Below the pieces are notes generated by a model, which ran no database searches, was not told where the DNA came from, and worked only from the letters and a program-made list of their open reading frames with translations. The translations under genes and the position numbers were made by a program. This document shows positions 10,291 through 20,398 of a stretch of DNA of 64,000 bases, piece by piece (position 1 is the stretch's first letter; each line of letters opens with the position of its first letter). Location: positions 62,001 to 126,000 of IMG/VR virus record IMGVR_UViG_3300042562_001598, one strand, 5' to 3'.

Positions 10291-11147
10291 ACAATGTTGC
10301 TAAAGAGATTAGAGAGATAATCAAAAACAAACAACAAGAACTTCAGTTAACCTTTGTTGAGGATACGCATACCTACACAATGGCTGATAAAAATGGCGAA
10401 TTAAGAAGTGATTGGCCTTCGGTATCAAAAGTTATAAAACTATTCTATGATGAATTTCCAGCTCAAGAAATTTCGTTTAAGAAAGCTAAAGGTGACTTGG
10501 AAGTGCAACAACAACTGTTGGACGAATGGAAAGCTGCCGGTGATTACTCAACAAATATGGGTAGTAGAGTTCATTTCCTATTGGAACAAAAAACCATTGA
10601 TATGTTTGGGGGTTATAAAGAAGTTAGACAACCTATATTTGATTGTGACTTTGAACAAATCCTAAAAAGTGATGCGATGGTTTCAGCCGGAAGTGACTAC
10701 TTAGAATTAATGGTTAAACGGGGGGCTGTATTATTAGATACGGAGATGGTCTTGGGTTCACCTGAATTAAAATATACCGGTCAGCCAGATAAAGTGTGGT
10801 TGATAAATGGTAAAGATGATTCTGAGATAGGTTTGATAATCACAGACTGGAAAAGTAACAAGAAAAAGAACTTTGAGAGTAACCATTTTACAAAACCAAT
10901 GCGACCTCCATTTCAGAAACACCCAAATAACGCACTTGGTCATTACTTTACTCAACTACCATTTTATGCTAAATTATTATTAGATATGTTGAAAGGTAGT
11001 AAATATGAAGATATTAAACTCCTTGGATGTATTATTGTGTTGGTTAAAGATGATGGTAGTTATGAAGAATTTAGAGTTCCTAAAGAAGTTATAACAACAA
11101 TACTTGATATGGATATGAGTAATTATTTGACAACACTAAAAAAATAA
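10278..11147 (+). CDS. PD-(D/E)XK exonuclease (Cas4/RecB-like phage nuclease)
   Basis: HTY, SVS, GSRVH, E..., GQPD, ITDWKS and QLPFYA motifs. Confidence 0.8.
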   Translation: MGELNNVAKEIREIIKNKQQELQLTFVEDTHTYTMADKNGELRSDWPSVSKVIKLFYDEFPAQEISFKKAKGDLEVQQQLLDEWKAAGDYSTNMGSRVHFLLEQKTIDMFGGYKEVRQPIFDCDFEQILKSDAMVSAGSDYLELMVKRGAVLLDTEMVLGSPELKYTGQPDKVWLINGKDDSEIGLIITDWKSNKKKNFESNHFTKPMRPPFQKHPNNALGHYFTQLPFYAKLLLDMLKGSKYEDIKLLGCIIVLVKDDGSYEEFRVPKEVITTILDMDMSNYLTTLKK

Positions 11148-11155
11148 ATTATAAT
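11127..11155 (+). promoter_or_regulatory. Perfect sigma70-type promoter TTGACA-N17-TATAAT
   Basis: TTGACA 11127-32, 17-nt spacer, TATAAT 11150-55. Confidence 0.6.
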
Positions 11156-11243
11156 TTGAATATGGAAACAATAACATTTACTTGGGAGTGTAATTCAACA
11201 CTACCTAATTCGGAACAAATAAAAATTAATTATATTATTAACT

Positions 11244-11477
11244 ATGGAAATTAACCAACCAAGAATTGACTTAAAGAAACAACCGACGATGTCGTGTGAG
11301 GAATGTAAATCAGAAATCTTTCAAGAAATCGTATTGATTAAAAAAGTCCCTAAACTATTAACCGGAAGTCTTGAAGACACCATCGTGCCCTTTCCAAGTT
11401 ATCGTTGTGCTGATTGTGGTCATATGAATGAGGATTTTAGATTATTTGATGAAACTAATAAAACAAATTTGGTATAA
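11244..11477 (+). CDS. Small zinc-ribbon protein
   Basis: CEEC...CADCGH. Confidence 0.7.
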   Translation: MEINQPRIDLKKQPTMSCEECKSEIFQEIVLIKKVPKLLTGSLEDTIVPFPSYRCADCGHMNEDFRLFDETNKTNLV

Positions 11478-11499
11478 TTAAATAAAAGTATTATCTTTG
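11468..11499 (+). promoter_or_regulatory. Bacteroidota-type -33/-7 promoter
   Basis: TTTG-N20-TAtcTTTG. Confidence 0.7.
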
Positions 11500-11523
11500 T
11501 CAAACAATTAAAAACTACTTATT

Positions 11524-11778
11524 ATGGCTAAAGAGAAATTATACAGAAGCGTTAACGGAGAGTATTTATACCTATTCAATTGGATTGGTGGTGGATTCAA
11601 CGATGTGTGGGCTAAAAGTAAAAGAGAAGCTTATTCTAAGGTGGTGAGAGAACACAAAGAACACGAGAAGAAATACCCAACTCATGTTAAGTTGAGACCA
11701 GATTATAAGACTATGAGAAAATGCACTTATAGTGAATATCAGGAACAAAACAAAATGGGTTGGATGATGAGTATGTAA
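11524..11778 (+). CDS. Hypothetical protein
   Basis: 84-aa ORF downstream of a host-type promoter. Confidence 0.6.
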   Translation: MAKEKLYRSVNGEYLYLFNWIGGGFNDVWAKSKREAYSKVVREHKEHEKKYPTHVKLRPDYKTMRKCTYSEYQEQNKMGWMMSM

Positions 11779-12048
11779 AAACTACTTGAGTAAGTGGGAG
11801 TGGTGATATGAACGAAGACAATACTGCAAAAACAGAGAGAAATGCTCATACTCAAAATAATAGTGCCTTAAGATGCACTATTTAATGCAATTACATAAGA
11901 AAAACCAAGACGTGTATAATATAGTGCGATTTACTGCTCTTTTTATTGAAGTTTTAAAAATTAGTATTACATTTGCATGAAATAATGCTTTATAATGCAC
12001 TTGTCAGAATTAATAAAAACCAGCAAGTAATAAAACAAATTTGATTTA

Positions 12049-12222
12049 ATGAAAGACCAATATGTTATTATAGACCTTAGGAATATGGACTTTATGAAAG
12101 ATAAAGATGGTAAAATCAATTATTACGATACGGAAGAAGAAGCTTGTAGCGTATGTGGAATATATGAATTTGAGAACGCCTGGGTGATGAAATTAATTTA
12201 TAACCATATTGAACCGGAATAA
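12049..12222 (+). CDS. Hypothetical 57-aa protein (not in ORF track)
   Basis: MKDQYVIIDLRNMDFMKDKDGKINYYDTEEEACSVCGIYEFENAWVMKLIYNHIEPE; TTG-N19-TAcaTTTG at 11946-75. Confidence 0.55.
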   Translation: MKDQYVIIDLRNMDFMKDKDGKINYYDTEEEACSVCGIYEFENAWVMKLIYNHIEPE

Positions 12223-12233
12223 AATATAGACAT

Positions 12234-12482
12234 ATGAAAGCGAAATTAACTTTTGATTTAGATAATCCGGATGATGTTACAAAACACCTCCGAGCTGTAA
12301 AGTCTTTAGATTTAGCGGTCGCAATCTTTGATATTATCCAACTTAAAAAAAAGTTAGAGAGAAGATTTGAAAACCAAGATAATACTAACAATGATGTATT
12401 TGATGGTATTCAAGAATACGCTAACGAGATAGGTAATATCTTGGACGAACATAGTATTGACATTAATGAATTGTTAGATTAG
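12234..12482 (+). CDS. Hypothetical phage protein
   Basis: 82-aa ORF starting MKAKLTFDL. Confidence 0.6.
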   Translation: MKAKLTFDLDNPDDVTKHLRAVKSLDLAVAIFDIIQLKKKLERRFENQDNTNNDVFDGIQEYANEIGNILDEHSIDINELLD

Positions 12483-12486
12483 AACT

Positions 12487-12510
12487 ACCCTCTTTACGGA
12501 GGGTTTTTTT
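12487..12510 (+). terminator. Intrinsic terminator
   Basis: ACCCTCT-ttac-GGAGGGT followed by a T-run. Confidence 0.75.
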
Positions 12511-12557
12511 ATTTGACATTGATAAATTAATTTACTATTATTAGTAAAAACTATAAT

Positions 12558-13115
12558 ATGAAATTAAAAGAATTTATTGAAGTTGTTGTAGCTGGTAATA
12601 ATGATAATGTTACCGGGGTTACTTTATATGGTGAACAGTTACTACCTTATAAAGATATTATAAAAAAATGTGATGAGTTTAGTGGTTGTGATGAGTTAAT
12701 TATTTTAACGATGCCTGTTGCTAAGGGTAACAATGGTGAAATTTACAGTGCTCAAACTATTAAATTATCGGACTTAATGAAATTTAAAGGTAGGTGTTAT
12801 TTATTATCCTTGGATTTAACACCTACGATGTATAACCCTAACAAATTATTAACACCTGTTAAAAATGGTGCGGGTATTTCACCGACATTCTATAACCCTG
12901 AAACATTTGAGCCTTATAAACACATTATACTAACTTGGAGTCCGGAAATGGCTCAAGATTTAAGTGGTGTAAATCCTGAAGATACTCTAAAAAACAATAT
13001 TCGTATGTTGTTGGATGATGTTTTAGCGAACCCTGCGGAGTATCAAATTAAAGGTGATAGAGGTGTAATGATTAGAGGGATATTTGAGATTGATGAAACA
13101 ACAAAAAAACTATAA
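12558..13115 (+). CDS. Hypothetical protein
   Basis: 185-aa ORF; TTGACA-N17-TATTAT at 12513-41. Confidence 0.6.
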   Translation: MKLKEFIEVVVAGNNDNVTGVTLYGEQLLPYKDIIKKCDEFSGCDELIILTMPVAKGNNGEIYSAQTIKLSDLMKFKGRCYLLSLDLTPTMYNPNKLLTPVKNGAGISPTFYNPETFEPYKHIILTWSPEMAQDLSGVNPEDTLKNNIRMLLDDVLANPAEYQIKGDRGVMIRGIFEIDETTKKL

Positions 13116-13116
13116 T

Positions 13117-13896
13117 ATGATAAACACTATTGTTCATTTTTCTGATTTACATATCAGACTATACAAAGACCATGACTTATATCGGAAAATCCTAACAGAG
13201 ATGTTGGATAAGTTCAGAGAGATAAAACCTTGTAGAATTGTATTTACTGGTGACCTGGTCCATAGTAAGAATCAATTAACACCAGAACTTATTGATATTG
13301 TTGCTTGGTTATTAACTGAATGTTCATCAATAGCCAAAACAATACTAATACCGGGCAATCATGACGCCTTAATCAATAATAACGAGAGGTTAGATAGTAT
13401 AACCCCCATTGTTAATTCGTTAAACAATTCAAATATTGTTTATTATAAAGACCGGGGAGTTTATGAGGATGATAATGTATCTTGGTGTGTTTATTCACAA
13501 TTTCAAGGAAACATCCCCCCGGAGATTAACGAAGCTAAAGGTGTTAAGGTTGGGTTATTCCACGGACCTATTCAGGGAATGAAAACGGATTTAGGTTTTG
13601 ATTTTGGTGAAGAGGGTTATGAGATATCAAAATTTGATGGTTTAGATGTTGTTTTATGTGGGGATATCCATAAAAGACAGGAGTTTAAGATTAAAAATGG
13701 TAAGGGGTATATGATTGGTTCTACTTTACAGAATAATATGGGTGAGAATATAGATAAACACGGATTTGGTATTTTAGATATTAACACTATGAATTATGAT
13801 TATGTTGATTTGTATAACCCAAAACCATTTTTATCATTTAGAATAAACTCAATTGAGGATATAACAAATGAAGCTGAAAGATTAGTGAATGTTTAA
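13117..13896 (+). CDS. sbcD: SbcD/Mre11/gp47-like metallophosphoesterase nuclease
   Basis: SDLH, GDLVH, GNHD, FHG and GDIH motifs; near SbcC. Confidence 0.85.
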   Translation: MINTIVHFSDLHIRLYKDHDLYRKILTEMLDKFREIKPCRIVFTGDLVHSKNQLTPELIDIVAWLLTECSSIAKTILIPGNHDALINNNERLDSITPIVNSLNNSNIVYYKDRGVYEDDNVSWCVYSQFQGNIPPEINEAKGVKVGLFHGPIQGMKTDLGFDFGEEGYEISKFDGLDVVLCGDIHKRQEFKIKNGKGYMIGSTLQNNMGENIDKHGFGILDINTMNYDYVDLYNPKPFLSFRINSIEDITNEAERLVNV

Positions 13897-13913
13897 TATA
13901 ATAAATCATTACA

Positions 13914-14441
13914 ATGTCAAAATTAACTTATAACCGAAAAGGGGTTACTTATAATCCAATAAAATATTGGAAGACTGATTATGTGACTGAAGTTGCGATA
14001 TACCAAGGTAGTAGGGGTGAAAATCCGGAGTTGGACTTCATTGTAAAATACAAAGAGGAGAACAAAAGATTAAGAACCCCATCACATACTCATTGGATTG
14101 TGGATTTACTAGTAAAGTCAGAATACAGTAAGGAACTTCTATTATCGTATATTGATGATATGATTAAAATCTATGATGAAACAACTGCCTTTAAGAGTGT
14201 TGAGGATAGAAATTCGTATAGTTTAAAACATATTTCAAGGATTGGGTCAAAATACAATAGACTTAATGGTAATGGTTATTATACCATTGAAACACTAACC
14301 ACATTTATTGAGTTGTTCTCAATTTGCGAGAAACAGGCAACAGGTGCGTTTATGTTCCGGGGTTTATTAACATTGATTAAAGAATATTGTGAGGGTAAGA
14401 AAGACTTTTATCAGGTTGTGGGTTATTCAAAACGAGTTTAA
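13914..14441 (+). CDS. Hypothetical protein
   Basis: 175-aa ORF, no motif recognised. Confidence 0.6.
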   Translation: MSKLTYNRKGVTYNPIKYWKTDYVTEVAIYQGSRGENPELDFIVKYKEENKRLRTPSHTHWIVDLLVKSEYSKELLLSYIDDMIKIYDETTAFKSVEDRNSYSLKHISRIGSKYNRLNGNGYYTIETLTTFIELFSICEKQATGAFMFRGLLTLIKEYCEGKKDFYQVVGYSKRV

Positions 14442-14443
14442 TT

Positions 14444-15070
14444 ATGGATATCATTATTGACAAGAAACATCATAAGGACCTTACATCTTATTGTAAGTTA
14501 AACGACATAACAGATATTAATGACTTCGTAAATAAGTGTTTTAAGTCCGGATTTGACACAAAAAGGTATGGTCTTATAGGAAATACCCCAGAACCAAAAA
14601 CAATTGAAATTGAGGTCATAAAAGAAGTCCCGGTTGAAGTTATTAAGGAGGTTGAAAAGATTGTTGAAGTCCCAGGACCGGTTCGGGAGGTTGAAGTTAT
14701 CAAAGAGGTTGAAAAGATTGTGATTAAGGAGGTTTTCATTCAGGATTCCGTCCCAAATTTAGACAATATTTGGGACAAAGATAAGTTACTGGAAACAATA
14801 CAAGGGTTGGAAGATGATAAACAAAGACTTTCCACTAAAATTGATGAAATGACCAACGAGATACAAGAATTTTCCACTAAAACGGAAGAAACGGTAAAAA
14901 TTTTCCAAGATAACCAAAAATCTTTGCAAACCACTTTACTCAATCTGAAAAAAGAACTAAAATTGAAAGACGAAAAAATTTCAGAATTAGAAAATAAATT
15001 AACGACCCCCAATGCTGATGGACAGAGAGCCATTTATATGAACGGGTCAAACATTAAACAAACATTATAA
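14444..15070 (+). CDS. Coiled-coil protein with VIKEV(E/P) repeats
   Basis: EVIKEVPVEVIKEVEKIVEVP...VIKEVEKIVIKEV followed by a heptad-rich region. Confidence 0.6.
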   Translation: MDIIIDKKHHKDLTSYCKLNDITDINDFVNKCFKSGFDTKRYGLIGNTPEPKTIEIEVIKEVPVEVIKEVEKIVEVPGPVREVEVIKEVEKIVIKEVFIQDSVPNLDNIWDKDKLLETIQGLEDDKQRLSTKIDEMTNEIQEFSTKTEETVKIFQDNQKSLQTTLLNLKKELKLKDEKISELENKLTTPNADGQRAIYMNGSNIKQTL

Positions 15071-15071
15071 T

Positions 15072-15428
15072 ATGGTACAATTATTAGTATGGACGATTAT
15101 GGCTTATGGAATAACAAACATTGTTGTTTATGGAAGTATCTTCAATGGTCCAAGAGATTTTATTAGGGAATGGTCTGAATCCGATAAACCTTTTAACGAA
15201 TTTGCTGGATTTGTTAGGAATATGACATCATGTGTAATGTGTTTCGGCGTTTGGGTTGGCTTCTTTTTAGGACTTTTTATATATTCACCAGTCAATCAAT
15301 TACTTGGTGTAGATGTATATTCTTCTTGGTTCTTTGACGGAATGTTATCATCCGGGGGAGTATGGATTATTAATTCAATCGTAGAATGGTTTGAGGAAAA
15401 CAGACCAGTAAATAAACATAATAACTAA
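15072..15428 (+). CDS. Membrane protein, DUF1360-like
   Basis: Three hydrophobic segments and CVMCFGVW (CxxCxGxW). Confidence 0.55.
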   Translation: MVQLLVWTIMAYGITNIVVYGSIFNGPRDFIREWSESDKPFNEFAGFVRNMTSCVMCFGVWVGFFLGLFIYSPVNQLLGVDVYSSWFFDGMLSSGGVWIINSIVEWFEENRPVNKHNN

Positions 15429-15440
15429 AAATCAAATACA

Positions 15441-15647
15441 ATGGCAACATCTAAAAAAAGAGGGGGAGCAAAAGCTCACAAACAAAGAGTAGCGACAAGA
15501 AATCAAGCTATTAATTCAGCCAAAACTAAATTCCAAAAAGAGTATGCTGAAATGGTTAAAACTAAAATGGAAGAGTTGAAAGTTCAGTATGAAACACAAC
15601 AAGGTCAAAAAGAAATCACAGCAGAAGTTGTAGAAACAATTAAATAG
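15441..15647 (+). CDS. Small basic hypothetical protein
   Basis: SKKRGGAKAHKQRV basic N-terminus. Confidence 0.6.
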   Translation: MATSKKRGGAKAHKQRVATRNQAINSAKTKFQKEYAEMVKTKMEELKVQYETQQGQKEITAEVVETIK

Positions 15648-15658
15648 TAAATTATTTT

Positions 15659-17989
15659 ATGAAATACGATTTAGAAATAGAAAAATTAGATAATCCTTAT
15701 ATTCAAGTAGTCTGGGAAGATTTCGCTGAGAATTTTACACAAGAAAAGATTAAAAGTGTAAAACACTATTTTCAGAAAAAATATCTTACTAGTAATGTGA
15801 ATATTATTACAAAGACTAAAGTTACCCAGGAGACGACACATTCTGTTGATATTTCGTTTAATATCTTGGATAGTAATTATCAATTGGAATTGGTTAAATC
15901 GTATTTAAAATCAAAGAATAATGAAAATTATTACGATGAGGTTTGTGCGTTAAATGCCCAAGTGGATAACAATATGTTATTGACCCAAACCGAAGCAACA
16001 CCATTCAAGAAATGGTATATCAAAAACATTGAATTTTCAAACTTCTTATCTTATGGTGAGAATCAAAGATTGGATTTTGAGAAATGTGATGGTATATCTG
16101 TTGTGGAATCAAATCCCCCAAACTTTGGTGGTAAAACAGTTCTATCGGTTGATTTATTATTATTCTTATTCTTTAATGAAACAACAAAAACTTCAAAGGC
16201 TGAAGAAATTTTTAATAGATTTTCTGATAAGAATAAGGTATCTGTAAAGGGTGAAATAATCATTGATGGTGATGAATATGTTATTGTTAGAAACATTGAA
16301 AGAAAGAAGACTAAAGCCGGTGAATGGTCAGTTAAAACAGAATTAGATTTCTTTAAGAAACTATATGATGGTAGCTTACAAAATTTTACTGGTGAACAAA
16401 GAAGGGAGACTGAAAGTTTTATTAAAACATCTATTGGAACCAAGGACGATTTCTTGATGACTATACTAACTACCGCTAGTAATTTAGAGGAGTTAATTGA
16501 CGCTAAACCAACGGCCAGAGGTCAAGTATTATCCAGGTTCATGGGGTTGGACTTCCTTAAGAAAAAGGAAGAGGTTGGTAAAGAGTTATATAGTCAATTC
16601 TCAAAATCAATGTTATCAAACATTTATAATACTGAATCACTAAAAACTGATAACGAAAATTGTCAAGACAATATCACAACATTACTTGACCAGAACAATG
16701 AATTAAATCCAAAACTAGTTGATGTTATGGAGAGAATTCTTAAAGGTCATGATTATAGAGATTCTTTATTAAAGAATAAACATACTGATATTGATGCTGA
16801 AATTAGTAGGTTATCACCGGATACGGTTAATTCTGAAATTGATACATTAAAATTTGATAAGGGAAAAGTTGTTACACAATTAGAAAACCTGAAAGTGGTG
16901 GAACCAACATCGTTTTATCATGAAGATGAACACGATAAGGTTAAAGAAGAATATGATATTGCTTACAAGGAAAAAGTTGTTGTTGATAACAAAATAAAAA
17001 CCTTGGAAGAATTGAAAAGTTCTGTTGGTGATGGGATTAAATGTGAACATTGTGGTATTGAGCTAATGAACGCAACAATTACTCAATCAAAAATTGGGGA
17101 ACTTGACGGATTTATCATACGCAAAGACGAAATTTTGGGGTTAATGACTGATTTATCCACCAAAGAACAAAGTTTTACCAAACTAAAAAAAGAATTTGAT
17201 GAATATGAGAAAAACAAACTCATCAAAGAAAAGTACGAATTAAATATTGAATCTTATGATTTGAAAATCAAGAACTTAAGTGACAAGTTATCCAGGTATT
17301 ACGAACTTCAGGAGAAGATATCCGAAAACCAAAAAACTGAAACCTTATTGATTAAAGCCGGTCTTAAAATTGATGAACTTGAAAAAGAGAAATATTCTAT
17401 CAAAAAAACAATTGATGATAACATTAATAAAGTCGGTATAAATAACGATAAGATTAAAGAGAATAATATTAAGATAAATAAAATCGCTGAAGAATCTGAA
17501 AAGGAAAAAATTTATAAAATCTATTTAGAAATTTATGGTAAAAATGGTATAACTAAATCAATTATGAAGACTATGATGCCACTTATAAATTCTGAACTTC
17601 AAAGGTTATTACAGGATAGTTGTCACTTTAGACTTGAGGTTAAAATCAATGATAAGAACGAGGTTGATTTCGTTATGGTAGATAACAATTCCCAAGTTGA
17701 AAAGAGTATGTCATCCGGGTCTGGGTATGAAAGAACCATTGCTTCATTAGCTCTTAGAGCCGTGTTAAGTAAAATATGTTCATTGCCAAAACCAAATATT
17801 ATGGTAATGGATGAGGTGTTTGGTAAGATTTCCAACGATAACCTGGAAATGGTTGGGGAATTCTTTATCAAAATTAAAGAATACTTTGAAAGGATATTCC
17901 TTATTACTCATAACCCTTTGGTTAACAATTGGGCTGATAATGTTGTTAAGATTAAAAAGGAAGATAACATTAGTTATGTTAGTCAGTAA
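15659..17989 (+). CDS. sbcC: SbcC/Rad50/gp46-like SMC ATPase
   Basis: NFLSYG, Walker A NFGGKT, zinc hook CEHC, signature SGSGYE, Walker B MDEVFG, ITH. Confidence 0.9.
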   Translation: MKYDLEIEKLDNPYIQVVWEDFAENFTQEKIKSVKHYFQKKYLTSNVNIITKTKVTQETTHSVDISFNILDSNYQLELVKSYLKSKNNENYYDEVCALNAQVDNNMLLTQTEATPFKKWYIKNIEFSNFLSYGENQRLDFEKCDGISVVESNPPNFGGKTVLSVDLLLFLFFNETTKTSKAEEIFNRFSDKNKVSVKGEIIIDGDEYVIVRNIERKKTKAGEWSVKTELDFFKKLYDGSLQNFTGEQRRETESFIKTSIGTKDDFLMTILTTASNLEELIDAKPTARGQVLSRFMGLDFLKKKEEVGKELYSQFSKSMLSNIYNTESLKTDNENCQDNITTLLDQNNELNPKLVDVMERILKGHDYRDSLLKNKHTDIDAEISRLSPDTVNSEIDTLKFDKGKVVTQLENLKVVEPTSFYHEDEHDKVKEEYDIAYKEKVVVDNKIKTLEELKSSVGDGIKCEHCGIELMNATITQSKIGELDGFIIRKDEILGLMTDLSTKEQSFTKLKKEFDEYEKNKLIKEKYELNIESYDLKIKNLSDKLSRYYELQEKISENQKTETLLIKAGLKIDELEKEKYSIKKTIDDNINKVGINNDKIKENNIKINKIAEESEKEKIYKIYLEIYGKNGITKSIMKTMMPLINSELQRLLQDSCHFRLEVKINDKNEVDFVMVDNNSQVEKSMSSGSGYERTIASLALRAVLSKICSLPKPNIMVMDEVFGKISNDNLEMVGEFFIKIKEYFERIFLITHNPLVNNWADNVVKIKKEDNISYVSQ

Positions 17990-18002
17990 AATAATTTTTA
18001 TT

Positions 18003-18037
18003 AATAACCATCAAATTACTTGATGGTTATTTTTTTT
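18003..18037 (+). terminator. Intrinsic terminator overlapping the -33 box of the next promoter
   Basis: AATAACCATCAA-attac-TTGATGGTTATT + T-run; TAcaTTTG at 18043-50. Confidence 0.75.
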
Positions 18038-18078
18038 ATGTTTACATTTGTACTCTAATCAAATACTAAAACAATAAA

Positions 18079-19062
18079 ATGGAAAATAGTTTATATCCTA
18101 AAGTTAGTTACGACCGAATGTTTATTTATGCTTGGTATGAGAAAACCAATGAATATGAAACTAAATTTGGTGAACACTGGGTGAAAGCAGATGTTGACCC
18201 TAAAACTGATATTGACAAATATGTTAGAAGTTCTATGAATAGACGAAAAGACCTTTTTGATGATGGGACTATTGTTGTTGAATCAATATGGGATGTAACA
18301 GAATATTCTAAAAAATATGATAAATATTACCCTAAATCACATGTTGATGATAAGATTCGTAAAGAAATCGGGTATGTTAAACAAAGTGAGGTTCATAATC
18401 TTCACTTTGCAATTTTAGTTGAGAAAGTAAATGAGATTCTTAACAAAGAAAATCAACAAAAACCTGAAGTAGGTTTATCTACAGCACAATACGATGATGC
18501 GGTTTTAGTTTTGAACGCTATTGACAATGGTAAACGTGTAATTTTTTCTGAATTAGCGGCAAGATATGGTAAAACGATTTGGTCTTCAGCGATAGCTGTT
18601 GAGACGGGTATTCCAATTGTTATTGTAGCTTCTTATGTGTTAACATCATTTACCTCGTTCAAAAATGATATTATGGATTTTCAACAATTTCAAAACATTA
18701 AGACTGTTGATACTTCGGATGGCGATTATAAAGAACAAATTAAAAAATACGTAGATGAAGGAAAACAAGTTATGGTATTTCTATCACTATGTAATGGTAT
18801 AGGTCGTAATGACCGTATTAACTTCTTAAATAACCTTAATGTTCAAAGATTAGTTTTTGTTGATGAAGCGGATTATGGTGCTCACCAAAAGAAACAATTT
18901 GAAGCTTTAAAGGCATTAGTGAGTAATGATGATATTTTGATATTAATGACCGGAACTAACTCAGATAGAGCTTCATCAGATTGGGATATTGATTTTATGT
19001 TGTCTACAACATATTTTGAACTTTTAGTCAATAAAAAAGAGTCCATGGCTTTGGTTAATTAA
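18079..19062 (+). CDS. SF2 helicase N-terminal (RecA1/ResIII-like) half with an N-terminal putative nuclease-like domain
   Basis: Q-motif-like LSTAQ, Walker A AARYGKT, Walker B FVDEADYG, motif III LMTGT; no motifs IV-VI. Confidence 0.75.
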   Translation: MENSLYPKVSYDRMFIYAWYEKTNEYETKFGEHWVKADVDPKTDIDKYVRSSMNRRKDLFDDGTIVVESIWDVTEYSKKYDKYYPKSHVDDKIRKEIGYVKQSEVHNLHFAILVEKVNEILNKENQQKPEVGLSTAQYDDAVLVLNAIDNGKRVIFSELAARYGKTIWSSAIAVETGIPIVIVASYVLTSFTSFKNDIMDFQQFQNIKTVDTSDGDYKEQIKKYVDEGKQVMVFLSLCNGIGRNDRINFLNNLNVQRLVFVDEADYGAHQKKQFEALKALVSNDDILILMTGTNSDRASSDWDIDFMLSTTYFELLVNKKESMALVN

Positions 19063-19104
19063 TATATTATAACTATTTTTGATAAAAAATAAAAAATCAA
19101 TATT

Positions 19105-20349
19105 ATGTTAAAGTTTTTCAAAAAAGATATTAAAAGAGATTTAATATACGCTTCAGTTCAGGGGTATCAATTAGATTTGAGACCGGTTGTTGAAAAAGCA
19201 AAACAACTTCATTCTAACCATGATGAATTACCATCTTGGCGTAAACTTGTGGAAAACCCTAAAAAAGGTAAAGGTTGGTTTGTTACATTACTGGAGGGCA
19301 TGTTCAAAGGAAAACATAATCTTAATGGAATTAATGTTGAGAATCTTGTGGATTCAACTAATGGAGAATTATCAAATCGTCGTGTTACTATGATGTTTTT
19401 TCCGGATAATACTAAAGTTGCTAATCTTATAACTATTGGTAAAATAGCCCAAGAAACTTTGGGAGGTTGGAAAATTAAAGTCCTTAACGGGATGACGGTT
19501 AAAGATAATTCTGAATGTGAACAAAAAGTTAAAGAATGTATAGAATCTACTGATGATAATGTTTTGATTATCTCATCTAAAATGGCTCAACGGTCTTTTT
19601 CCCAAAGTTTAATAACGGAAGTTTATTTAGCTTATGATAATGGTCAAGATGGTGCAACAATTCAAAAGATGTCCAGAGGTTTGACTTCAAATACTTCTGA
19701 TAAAATAGCTCGTATTTTTTCATTATCATTTGACCCTAATCGTGATGATAAAATAGATACTTTAGTATTTCAAGCAGCTTTAAATCAGGTTGAAAAGAAA
19801 GGTAAAACAGATATTCGAAAAGAATTACGAAGAGTGTATGAGTCAATTGACATTTATTCTTGTAATGATGATGGTGCGTTTAAGTTAAATGTTGATGATT
19901 ATGTCAAACAAGCACTTGAGAAAAAAGGTATTTTTCGTGTTATGGGTAAAAAGTCTGACCTTACTATGCTTAGTAAAGAACAACTAAATGCTTTGGCTCA
20001 AGGTAATGTGAGTTTTCTTCGTAATGAAATGAAAGAAAAAACTGAAATTGGTAAAACAAAAGACCCTTTACCTAAAAACATTGGTAAAACAGAAACGGAA
20101 AAACCTAATGATAAAGAAATTAACAAAGTTCGTGAGGTTATTATTAGTATTATTGAACATTCTGATATTATTATGTTAGCAGCTAAAAATCAGGGAGGTA
20201 AAAATATTATTGAAGCTTTAGCCATCATTGAAAAAAATAATTGGACTTCAATAATAGAAAAAGAATTTGAAGTGAGATATGATGTTATTAAGTATGTATT
20301 TACGATGGGGGTTATAAAGAATGAGTGGGTTGATATTCTTCACGGATAA
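19105..20349 (+). CDS. Putative SF2 helicase C-terminal (RecA2) half
   Basis: VLIISSKMAQRSFS (motif V-like), IQKMSRGLT (motif VI-like); own promoter TTTG-N20-TAttTTTG at 19050-81. Confidence 0.55.
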   Translation: MLKFFKKDIKRDLIYASVQGYQLDLRPVVEKAKQLHSNHDELPSWRKLVENPKKGKGWFVTLLEGMFKGKHNLNGINVENLVDSTNGELSNRRVTMMFFPDNTKVANLITIGKIAQETLGGWKIKVLNGMTVKDNSECEQKVKECIESTDDNVLIISSKMAQRSFSQSLITEVYLAYDNGQDGATIQKMSRGLTSNTSDKIARIFSLSFDPNRDDKIDTLVFQAALNQVEKKGKTDIRKELRRVYESIDIYSCNDDGAFKLNVDDYVKQALEKKGIFRVMGKKSDLTMLSKEQLNALAQGNVSFLRNEMKEKTEIGKTKDPLPKNIGKTETEKPNDKEINKVREVIISIIEHSDIIMLAAKNQGGKNIIEALAIIEKNNWTSIIEKEFEVRYDVIKYVFTMGVIKNEWVDILHG

Positions 20350-20398
20350 TTTTGGATATTAAATATTATTACCTATTTTTGTAAAAAAAAAAGAAATT

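Noticed and set aside
10278-11147. CRISPR-associated Cas4
   Set aside because: No Fe-S Cys cluster, no array or other cas genes; generic phage PD-(D/E)XK exonuclease
19040-19110. Frameshift or pseudogene explanation for the split helicase
   Set aside because: Clean TAA, a 42-bp spacer with a complete -33/-7 promoter and a new ATG suggest a maintained split (not proven)
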